Shown piece by piece: positions 56,901 through 64,000 of a stretch of 64,000 bases of DNA (positions are counted from its first letter, which is position 1; every line of letters starts with the position of its first letter). The position numbers and the translations under genes were made by a program. Source of the DNA: an uncultured bacterium (GTDB lineage: Bacteria > Acidobacteriota > Thermoanaerobaculia > Multivoradales > JAHZIX01); the NCBI GenBank assembly GCA_965368975.1, contig CBDUPA010000008.1, positions 128,001 through 192,000 of the forward strand, in the 5' to 3' direction. The notes beneath the pieces are model-generated. The model had not been told where the DNA came from and made no database searches. It saw nothing but the letters and a program-made list of their open reading frames with translations.

Positions 56901-58373
56901 GACGACGGCGAAGAAGTAGCTGATCGACAGCGTCATCATGATCAGCGTCGGGATCGAGCGCGTGAAGTCACCGGTGCCACCCTCGGCGAGCAACATGGGG
57001 ATGAAGGCGGCGAGCGTCGTGCCGGTGGCGGTGCCGAGCGGCAGGATCAATTCGCGGATCGACTCCAGCACCGCTTGGCGCCGCGGCTCACCGAGGTCGA
57101 GTCGATACTGGATCGCCTCCACCATGACGATCGCGTTGTCGACCAGCATGCCGAGGGCGATGACCAGGGCGGCGATCGAGATCTGGTGGATGATGCCGCC
57201 AGTGGCGGCAAAGATGCCGATGGCGCTGAAGGTGACCAGCGGCACCACCAGGGCGACCAGCAAGCCGAGGCGCGGGCCCATGGATGCGAACAGAACCGCG
57301 GCGACGATCAGGATGCCGAGCAGCAGAGACTTGCTCAGCTGGTCGAGGCGGGTTTCGACCTGGTCGGGCTGGAAGACTACTTCTTCGATCTGCAGCGGAG
57401 CGACTGTGGGTGCCAGCTCGGCCAGCTGCTCGCGCAGGTCATCTCCCCACACCAGGCGGTCGATGCCGTTGCGCGGTACGACGCCCAGGCCGACTGCCGG
57501 CTCACCGCGCCAGCGCATCCGCTCGGTGGCCGGTTCCTGCGGACTCAGGCGCACGCGCGCGAGGGTCTCGAGCGGCACGCTGGAGCCCGACGGCAGCAGG
57601 ATCGGCGTGGCGGCGATCTCGTCGACCGACGCGAAGTCGGTGCGCGGTCGTAGGTTGGCGGTCTTGGCACCGAGGTGCAGCAGGCCACCGGGCACGATCT
57701 CGCTGCGCTGCGCCAGCTGCAGGCCGAGGGTGCGCGGGTCGAGGCCGAGCCGGCGCGCCATGGCGTCGTCGTATTCGATAGTGATCTGTTCCTGCGGGTC
57801 GGCGATCAGCTTGACGCGACGCGTGCCCGGGACGGTGAGCAATCGCCGTTTGATCCGCTCGGCCGCTGCCGCCAGGCGTAGCGGATCGCCTGAGCCGGTG
57901 ATCGCCAGCACCACGGCTTCCTGTTCGACCAGGTCGTCGTCCAGGGTCGGCTCACCGACGCCGCGGGGAAAGTCCGGGCGCGCCAGCGCCAGCGCGTCCT
58001 CGACTTCGTCCCAGGCGTCCCCGGTCTCGTAGATCGTCTCCAGCAACTCGACGCGCACGATGCCGACGCCGGCACGCGCGGTGGAGTAGAGGTGCCACAC
58101 TTCTTCGACCTCGGCCAGGCGTTCCTCGATCGGCTCGAGGACCAGCCGCTCGACGGTCTCGGCGTCGGCGCCGGGGAAGGGCACGACGATCAGGCCGTTG
58201 CGCTCCGGGAAGTGGGGATCCTCTTCACGCGGCATGGTCAGCCAGGAGGCCGTGCCGGCGAGCGCCAGTAGGGCGACCACGGCCAGCACCAGGCGTCGGC
58301 GCCCCAGGACCAGGCACATCAGCCTGTCTTTGACTTGATCGTTGTGGCGCGGGCCTTCCTGCTGCGTCGTCAT
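53943..58373 (-). CDS. RND efflux permease (AcrB-like) fused to a C-terminal TolC-family domain
   Basis: MPREEDP, ALGMLVDNAIV, GIVVNNAIVL, RTRPILLT; C-terminal ~420 aa with LTLQEAM, G...EADALK, ERYRAG.AT..D.LDAE. Confidence 0.9.
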   Translation of the reverse strand: MTTQQEGPRHNDQVKDRLMCLVLGRRRLVLAVVALLALAGTASWLTMPREEDPHFPERNGLIVVPFPGADAETVERLVLEPIEERLAEVEEVWHLYSTARAGVGIVRVELLETIYETGDAWDEVEDALALARPDFPRGVGEPTLDDDLVEQEAVVLAITGSGDPLRLAAAAERIKRRLLTVPGTRRVKLIADPQEQITIEYDDAMARRLGLDPRTLGLQLAQRSEIVPGGLLHLGAKTANLRPRTDFASVDEIAATPILLPSGSSVPLETLARVRLSPQEPATERMRWRGEPAVGLGVVPRNGIDRLVWGDDLREQLAELAPTVAPLQIEEVVFQPDQVETRLDQLSKSLLLGILIVAAVLFASMGPRLGLLVALVVPLVTFSAIGIFAATGGIIHQISIAALVIALGMLVDNAIVMVEAIQYRLDLGEPRRQAVLESIRELILPLGTATGTTLAAFIPMLLAEGGTGDFTRSIPTLIMMTLSISYFFAVVATPVMAEMVLRPRTKSQPDRAAALLPRRLAGLAVRHPVLVLVATSLLLGATLSLAPLVKKQFFPAADRTTLVLDLEMPEGTHLEETDSVSRQIETDLEQHPQVRSVAAFIGRAAPHFYYNLLDKPSSPHRAQLVIETTTLPAVEELTRWSRELVHREYPQISAVARRLEQGPPVAAPVELRLFGHDLEALERASDAVLAEVRAVPGTRDERHDLSQGSPTVVFEINDAEAARHGITRADVALALLGRTLGTEVGQFRVGEDPVPILVRSSAGETFPAADLQSLDIATPGGQPVPLGQVARLDVEWRPAAIHHRDRQRVVSVLAQVADDVTASGVLRELQPRLDALQLPDGVRLEYGGEGEESGAANAAILRVMPIGALLLLFFLLAEFNSFRRIGIVLITVPLAVVGVIPGLLLSGQPFGFMSLLGILALVGIVVNNAIVLMEVIETRRAGGDSIDLALAEAVQRRTRPILLTMATTVAGLSPLAFSGATLWPPLAWAMISGLISSTLLTLLVVPALYKLLFDSHFDRFSGAVARWNPLRWLRRRPAVGSAAANPSVAGLLLLAALLGPGSALAQAETPEEIPALTLQEAMQRAAARPGALAAEFRQQAASQAAEAESRAFRRPSVSAFASAVWNDDAFALDTPIGSFTLSERDSQVAGIRIRQPLVDIAGQRYATQAAHGEAAAATLDAERLRQRLAAEAAEAFLAVLEIDAARRTTDAFIDSLQARLAETEERVQAGRSLEADALKVRLDLESAQLDGLRLAELRQVAVHDLGRTVGLVGPVQPEYDGVYDRARDPTPATLAAAAQAHRSDMAALETRAAALGLRAQAVHAERLPRLDATASWQTVDGDAFQPDGILRGSLDVTWTPFAAGTRAPRKAALEAQRDALLADLQALRRGIDLEIRQALSRLVVARKSLEVRERGVELATETLRVETERYRAGRATTNDQLDAEAALRDQRTRHELAKLDILRAWVQLQLATGGPL

Positions 58374-59485
58374 CGCCCGTCTCCAGGTGCTGGGACCGTC
58401 AGGACGCGTTCGCCATCAAGGAGGCCCCGCTGGCCCCCGACCACGACTTCGTCGCCGACCTCGAGATCACCCTGCACCGAGACACGTTCGCCGAGCAGGC
58501 GACCGACCTGCACCTCGACGCGTCGCACGGTGCCGTCCGCGCGTACCTGGAACACGGCCGGTTGCCGGCCACCGGGGTTGATCACCGCTTCCACGGGCAG
58601 TGTCAAGCCGAATGGGGACGCGAGCTCGAGGGTCAGTTCGGCGGTCATGCCCGGACGCAAGGTTGGTTCTTCCGCAGTGGTCGCTTCGAATTGCACTACG
58701 ACCGGGAACAGCTGCCCAGGGCCTGGTGCCGCACGGCCGAGAGACGTGATGCGAGCCGTGCGCGACGTGCCGAGAGCCGGTACGTGGACCTGCACCTGAG
58801 CGCCGAGCGCCAACTGGGGGACCACGGACTCGGGTACCTCGACTTCCAGTTCCACCGAGTCCTGGCCGCTGAGGGTCAGCACCGTGCGCCCCGGCTGCAC
58901 AAACTCGCCCGGCTGCGCGTGTACCGCCATCACCGCGCCAGCGTATGGGGCGGTCAGCGTCGTTTCGCCGAGCTGACGCCGGGCTTCCTTGAGACGCACG
59001 CGCGCCGAGTCCTGGGCGGCGGACAGGGCGTCGAGCCCGGCGCGCACCTGCTCCAGCTCTTCACGGGTAGCGGCTTTGGTGTCGACCAAGGTCTGGACCC
59101 GCTCGACGTCACGGCGCGCTTGCGCGTGCCTGGCTTCCAACTCCGCGACCTGTGCCACGGCGGCGTCGACCACGTTGCGCACCTCGCGTGCGTCGAGGCG
59201 GGCGAGTACCTGGCCGGCGCGCACCGTGTCCCCGACCTCGACCGGCCGCGCCTCGAGGCGGCCGCCGAGCAGGAAAGAAAGCTGGGCTCGCCGCGCCGCT
59301 CGCGTGACCCCGGCGAAGCGCAGCTTGCGCTGGCTGTCCATCGCCTCGACGCGAGCGGTGTGCACGCGCTTGACGTCGTCGCCCGAGTCCTCCTCGAGTG
59401 TAGAAGTAGCCGGTACGGCCAGGTACAGCGCTGCCGTCAGGGGTACGGCAGCCAGCAACAGGTGTCCTCTGCGTCGCTTGCTCAC
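58370..59485 (-). CDS. RND periplasmic adaptor (membrane fusion protein)
   Basis: LSF.LGGRL...VEVGD.V..GQVLARLD, LTAPYAG, LRPGMTA, GDEVVVGG. Confidence 0.93.
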   Translation of the reverse strand: MSKRRRGHLLLAAVPLTAALYLAVPATSTLEEDSGDDVKRVHTARVEAMDSQRKLRFAGVTRAARRAQLSFLLGGRLEARPVEVGDTVRAGQVLARLDAREVRNVVDAAVAQVAELEARHAQARRDVERVQTLVDTKAATREELEQVRAGLDALSAAQDSARVRLKEARRQLGETTLTAPYAGAVMAVHAQPGEFVQPGRTVLTLSGQDSVELEVEVPESVVPQLALGAQVQVHVPALGTSRTARITSLGRAAPGPGQLFPVVVQFEATTAEEPTLRPGMTAELTLELASPFGLTLPVEAVINPGGRQPAVFQVRADGTVRRVEVQVGRLLGERVSVQGDLEVGDEVVVGGQRGLLDGERVLTVPAPGDGR

Positions 59486-59549
59486 GGTCGCATCCTCATG
59501 GGGTCTTCGTGGCGTGGGGCCGGTCGGGGGGTATTGGGCTTGGTTTGGC

Positions 59550-60215
59550 TTATTGGATCGGTGTATTGGGGGCCATCGCGCAGGGGCACAGGCTCTGCAG
59601 CATCTCTTGGGCCCGCGCGACCGCCTTGGCGGTGCGTTCTTGATCGAAGATCGGCATGCGAATGCCCAGCGCCAGTACGCCGTGAGTGAGGCCCCACAGC
59701 GCGTCGGCGGTGCTCTCGGGATCGCCCGGCGGCAACAGGCCCGCTTCGATGGCGCCCGCCACCGCTTCCTGCCAGATGCGCAAGATGGCGATGCGCGGTT
59801 CCTTGTCCACGTCTTCCTCGTCCATCAGGTAGTCGCAGCGCTGGATGAACATCAGCTGGTAGTAGACCGGATGTTCCATGCCGAAGCGGACGTAGGCGTC
59901 CGCCACCGCGTGCAAGCGGTCGTGCGGGTCGTTCGTGCTGGCCGCCGCGGCTTCGACCTGCTCACCGAAGAGGCGGAACCCCTCGTCGGCGATGCTGAAC
60001 AGGACGTCGTCTTTGTCCTTGAAGTAGAGGTAGATCGTGCCGGGGGAGTAGCCGATCTCTTCGGCGATCTGGCGCAAGGAGAAGCCCTCGTAGCCACGCT
60101 CCAGGAAGAGCTCGCCAGCGGCTTTGAGGATCGCTTCCTTGAGCTGTTCCTTCTCTTGCTCACGACGTTCCTGGGTCGCCTTGCGCAGGCGTTCGGTGCG
60201 GGTGGCTGGGGGCAT
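59550..60215 (-). CDS. TetR/AcrR family regulator (WHG-type C-terminus)
   Basis: ILKAAGELF..GY..FSLRQIA..IGYSPGTIYLYFKDK; W...HG. Confidence 0.93.
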   Translation of the reverse strand: MPPATRTERLRKATQERREQEKEQLKEAILKAAGELFLERGYEGFSLRQIAEEIGYSPGTIYLYFKDKDDVLFSIADEGFRLFGEQVEAAAASTNDPHDRLHAVADAYVRFGMEHPVYYQLMFIQRCDYLMDEEDVDKEPRIAILRIWQEAVAGAIEAGLLPPGDPESTADALWGLTHGVLALGIRMPIFDQERTAKAVARAQEMLQSLCPCAMAPNTPIQ

Positions 60216-60272
60216 GGTGGCTCTTGGTCTCGGTGGGTCAAGGTGGTGTGCGATCAGGTCTCGCTCTCTTTG

Positions 60273-60323
60273 CTGAACGCCGTTCAGTGAATGAATGCTA
60301 GTCGTTCCATGATGGCCAGTCAA
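60273..60323 (-). promoter_or_regulatory. sigma70 promoter and palindromic TetR operator of the tetR-MFP-RND operon
   Basis: Minus strand TTGACT-N17-TAGCAT (60323-60295), followed by the perfect palindrome CTGAACG-C-CGTTCAG (60273-60287). Confidence 0.72.
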
Positions 60324-60482
60324 GATCTCTCAGGGTCTCAGGCCACGGGGCTACGGTGGGCTCGGGCCGCACCGTGGTTGCTCGTGGCGCGGGGGCCTTG
60401 CAGCGACGGTGTACAGCCGTAGAATGGTGACCATGTTGCCGCGTCGTATTTGGGCTTGCACGGAATTGAGGGACTGGTACTG

Positions 60483-62003
60483 ATGCGCCACGGTGTCCGC
60501 AAGCGATCCTGGCGCGGTCTGCGTCGCACCCCGCCCAACGAGCGTTACGACGCCGTCATCATTGGCGCTGGTATCGGCGGCCTGTTCTGCGCCAACCTCC
60601 TGGCGCGCGAAGGGCTGAAGGTGCTGCTGATCGAGCAGCACTACATGGTCGGCGGTTATTGCAGTACTTTCCGCCGTGCTGGCTATACCTTCGACGCCGC
60701 GTCACACTTCTATCCGCTGCTCGGCAATCCGGACACCATCACCGGCAAGTTGCTGCGTGCATTGGGTGCCGAGGTCGAGTGGGTCAAGATGGATCCGGTC
60801 GACACCTTCCACTTCCCGGACGGCAGCCGCTTCGAAGTGCCCGCTGACTACGACGACTACCGCCGCCGTCTCGACGCAGAGTTTCCGCACCAGCGCGAGA
60901 ACCTACAGCGCTTCTTCGAGCAGGTGCGAGAGACATACCTGGCCGGCCTGCTGGAATACTTCCGTGGTCGGCGAACCTCGCGTCTCGACGCCTACCGAGA
61001 CCTGACGCTCGGTGAGGTCTTGCACCGACAGTTTGATGATCGCAAACTCGAGTTGCTGCTCACCGCCGACTGTCCACACTGGGGTTCACCACCGAGCCGT
61101 ACGTCATTCGTCTTCGACTCGATGCTGCGCTTGTCGTACTTCCTCGGCAACTACTACCCGGTAGGTGGCTCGCAGGCGTTCTCGGACGGGCTGGCGTCGC
61201 GCTTCGAGGAGCAGGGGGGGCATATCTTGATGAGCACGGAGGTCGAGGAAATCCTGGTCGAGACGCGGGACGGTCGACCGCGTGCCGTGGGGGTCCAGAC
61301 GGCGATCCGCCGCGGACAGCAGGTCGAACAGCGCCGGGTCCAGGCGGATATCGTTGTCTCCAACGCCGACTATCGCCTCACCATGGAGCGCCTTCTCGAT
61401 GCGCGTTGGGTTCCCCCCGAGGACCTAGCCGCGATGCGCCAGCTCAAGCCGAGCTTTCCGTGCTTCCTGACCTACATCGGCCTGCGGGGCATCGAACCGA
61501 AGGTGCTGGAACAGGTCCAAGGCTACTACTGGAACGACTGGAATTTCGACCGCGTCGGGCGCAATGGTCTACGCTGCAAGATCTTCGCTCCGACCCTCTA
61601 CGAGCCGCACATGGCGCCGCCCGGCGGTCAGATCGTGATCCTGCAGAAAGTGCTGGAACTGGACTACCAGGCGGTCCAGAACTGGGAGCAGCACAAGCAA
61701 GAGGTCGAGGACTACGTCGTCGCTCACCTGGAGAGCGTGATTCCCGGCGTGCGCGACAAGATCGTCACGCAGACTAGCGCCTCCGCGGCGACCTCCTGGC
61801 GCTTCACGCGCAACCAGGATGGAGCCATGCTGGGCTGGGAGATGTCGCCGGAACAGCTCGGCGAGGCGAGGCCCGACATCGAAGGTCCCATCGACGGCCT
61901 GTGGCTGGTCGGCCACTGGACGCGTCCTGGTGGTGGCATCACCCCGGTGATCGTGTCGGCGATGCGGGCAGCGGAGGGGATTCTGAAAACGAAGCCGCCG
62001 TGA
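60483..62003 (+). CDS. Phytoene desaturase-family FAD-dependent oxidoreductase
   Basis: DAVIIGAGIGG, GGYC..F.R.GY.FD, YPVGG, VVSNAD, GLWLVGHWT.PGGG. Confidence 0.88.
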   Translation: MRHGVRKRSWRGLRRTPPNERYDAVIIGAGIGGLFCANLLAREGLKVLLIEQHYMVGGYCSTFRRAGYTFDAASHFYPLLGNPDTITGKLLRALGAEVEWVKMDPVDTFHFPDGSRFEVPADYDDYRRRLDAEFPHQRENLQRFFEQVRETYLAGLLEYFRGRRTSRLDAYRDLTLGEVLHRQFDDRKLELLLTADCPHWGSPPSRTSFVFDSMLRLSYFLGNYYPVGGSQAFSDGLASRFEEQGGHILMSTEVEEILVETRDGRPRAVGVQTAIRRGQQVEQRRVQADIVVSNADYRLTMERLLDARWVPPEDLAAMRQLKPSFPCFLTYIGLRGIEPKVLEQVQGYYWNDWNFDRVGRNGLRCKIFAPTLYEPHMAPPGGQIVILQKVLELDYQAVQNWEQHKQEVEDYVVAHLESVIPGVRDKIVTQTSASAATSWRFTRNQDGAMLGWEMSPEQLGEARPDIEGPIDGLWLVGHWTRPGGGITPVIVSAMRAAEGILKTKPP

Positions 62004-62007
62004 GAGG

Positions 62008-63999
62008 TCAGCGGACGAAGAACGGGCTTGTCCACGCGAGCCCACCGTCCTGCTGGACGAGCCGCAGGTAGACGTACTCGCCCGAGGCTAGACCCTTGAT
62101 CGGCAGGGTCATGTCGAGTTCTGAGACACCGCCCACCGGCAGGGTCTCGACCACCTGGCCAGCGCGAATCAGGTCGACGCGCTCGAAGGTGTTCGTGCCG
62201 AAGGCTTGCACGGTGAGCTGGTAGTCGCCTGCAGGGACGTCGGCACCGATGGGGTAGGAGGTCGTGGCGGCGTCGACGGTACCGGTGAGGTGGCTGGTGA
62301 GCAGGATGCGGGGACCGTTGGTGGCGTAGGCGCGGCGGGACTTGAGGACGTCATAGACGGCATCGCGACTCTTCTCGCCGGTGAGCAGAGCGACCAGGCC
62401 GCCGCTGGGGGAGGCGATGTGGGACAGGCCGGGATGGCCGTCGTGGCTGTCACCGCTGCCGATGAAGCCGAGGTCGTAGCCGAGGTCGAGGGCATCGCGC
62501 ACGAAGTGGCCGACGATCGGGCGGTAGATGCCGCGCGGAGAGTCGATGGCCTCGGAGCTGCCGTGGACGGAGACGAGCTCGGCGATCGGTTCGAGCTGCG
62601 GGTCGGGCTCGAAGCTCCAGTCGGTCTCGATCGGGCCACCGGCACAGTGGTGGGGCACGGTGATCGTCTTGGTGCCGGCGAGCGCGGCCCACAGTTCGTC
62701 GGGTGTGTCGGTGGCGGGGTCGAGGTAGGTCACAAGGGGCGTCTGAGGACCGAAGTAGAGCACCTGGCGGTGGCCATAGACCCAGTTGGTCCACTCGATG
62801 CCGGGCACGGTGACGAAGCGGCCGGGATCGTGGTATTCGACGTTGAGGTTCAGGATGTGGTTCCACGTCTGTGGATTTTCGTCCAGGAAGGGGCGCCCCC
62901 AGTGGTCGTGATCGGTCAAAGAAATGACGTCGAGGCCGGCGATGTCGCGCGCGTAGCGGAAGAAGTCTTCGGGGGTACCGGTGCCGTCGGAGGCGGCGGA
63001 GTGGCCTTGCAGGTCGGCCCAGATCACCGGCTCGACGTCCGTGCCGACCCGCAGCGGAGCGCTGAGGCTTTCGAGCACGGTCGATGCTCCCCTGTCGGAG
63101 CTGGCCTGCTCGGAGCTGGCCTCTTCGGAGTTGGTCTCTTCGGAGTTAGGCATCTCGAAGCGAGCCCGCAGGCGGTACAGGCCCGGGCGGGTGACGCGGA
63201 ACTCGCTGCTGACGTGGCCCTGGTCTTCGGGCTTCAGCGTCATGGGCGCCGGCAGCTCCAAGCCTTCCATGGCCTGCAGCGTCAACGTGCCCTGCACCGG
63301 ATTCCAGGCGTTGCCCATGCGGTCGAGGACGGCCGCGGTCAGGCGCAGCGTGTCGCCGGGGGCGGCGGTGCTGGGGACGGTGAGCTCGAGGCGGGTCGGT
63401 GGGCCGGCGACGGTGTCGATGCGCGGCGGATCGGGCACCAGGTGGTGGTGGCCATCGCCGTCGCCGTCGACGCCGAACCAGAAGGCGGAGCCCTGCTCGG
63501 CAAAGACGTCGGCCTGCGCTCCGGCCGGTCCGGCGCCGTAGACGATGCGTAGCTGTTCGCCGGCTTCGAGCGCCCGACCCTGGATCTCAATGCGCAGCGT
63601 GCGTCGGCGCGGCTGCACGGAGAGGCCGAGTTGCAGCTCGTCGCCGTAGGCGAAGACCTGGGTGTACCCTCCCATGCGCGCGGCGGTGATCTGTGGCGGC
63701 GTCCACTTCCAGAACATCGGAACGTGGAAGCGGATCGAGCCGCCGGGCTGCACGCCTTGCGGCCCGGCCTCGTAGACGAACGCCCAGCGGCTGGCAGTGC
63801 CGGCGACCACTTCCTGGGGGCCGTCCGCCAGCCAGGCGCGACCGGCACCGTCGGCGGGGTGGTGCGGCGCGTTGGCTTGCTGGCGCAGGATCTGGAGTTC
63901 GCGCAGGCGCTGGGCCAGGACTTGCTGGCGATCCTGCTGGACGATCAGGCCCTGGGCCTGGACCGGGGTCTGTCCCGCGTCCGTGTTGGCGTTCGTGTC
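62008..63999 (-). CDS. PHP-fold metallohydrolase (CehA/McbA / DUF3604-like), 5' truncated by window
   Basis: WADLQGHS..SDG, LTDHD, EWT...GH, PHH, GSGDSH, R.AYATNG; frame open to the window end. Confidence 0.8.
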   Translation of the reverse strand, partial: DTNANTDAGQTPVQAQGLIVQQDRQQVLAQRLRELQILRQQANAPHHPADGAGRAWLADGPQEVVAGTASRWAFVYEAGPQGVQPGGSIRFHVPMFWKWTPPQITAARMGGYTQVFAYGDELQLGLSVQPRRRTLRIEIQGRALEAGEQLRIVYGAGPAGAQADVFAEQGSAFWFGVDGDGDGHHHLVPDPPRIDTVAGPPTRLELTVPSTAAPGDTLRLTAAVLDRMGNAWNPVQGTLTLQAMEGLELPAPMTLKPEDQGHVSSEFRVTRPGLYRLRARFEMPNSEETNSEEASSEQASSDRGASTVLESLSAPLRVGTDVEPVIWADLQGHSAASDGTGTPEDFFRYARDIAGLDVISLTDHDHWGRPFLDENPQTWNHILNLNVEYHDPGRFVTVPGIEWTNWVYGHRQVLYFGPQTPLVTYLDPATDTPDELWAALAGTKTITVPHHCAGGPIETDWSFEPDPQLEPIAELVSVHGSSEAIDSPRGIYRPIVGHFVRDALDLGYDLGFIGSGDSHDGHPGLSHIASPSGGLVALLTGEKSRDAVYDVLKSRRAYATNGPRILLTSHLTGTVDAATTSYPIGADVPAGDYQLTVQAFGTNTFERVDLIRAGQVVETLPVGGVSELDMTLPIKGLASGEYVYLRLVQQDGGLAWTSPFFVR

Positions 64000-64000
64000 G

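Noticed and set aside
60483-62003. Carotenoid biosynthesis cluster
   Set aside because: Single CrtI-like oxidoreductase with no crtB/crtE/crtY neighbours in the window

Overview
High-GC bacterial chromosomal segment. The gene content (ADOP-type duplicated permease, C25 peptidase, PQQ-like propellers, KLxLxRETL leader peptides) suggests Acidobacteriota, but this is inference. Housekeeping anchors are mutL (3' end), rnc, asnS, tRNA-Phe(GAA), crcB, an OmpR/histidine kinase pair and a TetR-RND efflux operon. Notable accessory features: (1) two divergent copies of an uncharacterised ~795-aa Rossmann-fold enzyme family (15591-17987 and 34776-37154); the second lies in an AT-richer islet directly behind tRNA-Phe, followed by a 2TM/coiled-coil/PLD-like-fold gene, forming a candidate new enzyme-plus-membrane-effector system; (2) a RiPP maturation cassette with no visible precursor (HprK-like kinase, PqqD, radical SAM, C25 peptidase); (3) two orphan lanthipeptide-like precursors beside a small-protein/Cys-rich-protein pair and an ABC exporter; (4) a candidate ~240-nt structured RNA with its own promoter and terminator; (5) an RND-TolC fusion with an internal signal peptide; (6) a permease split by one in-frame TAG; (7) recurrent short tandem duplications, three of them spanning stop codons. 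No CRISPR array, integrase or transposase was seen. All family calls come from motif recognition, not database searches.
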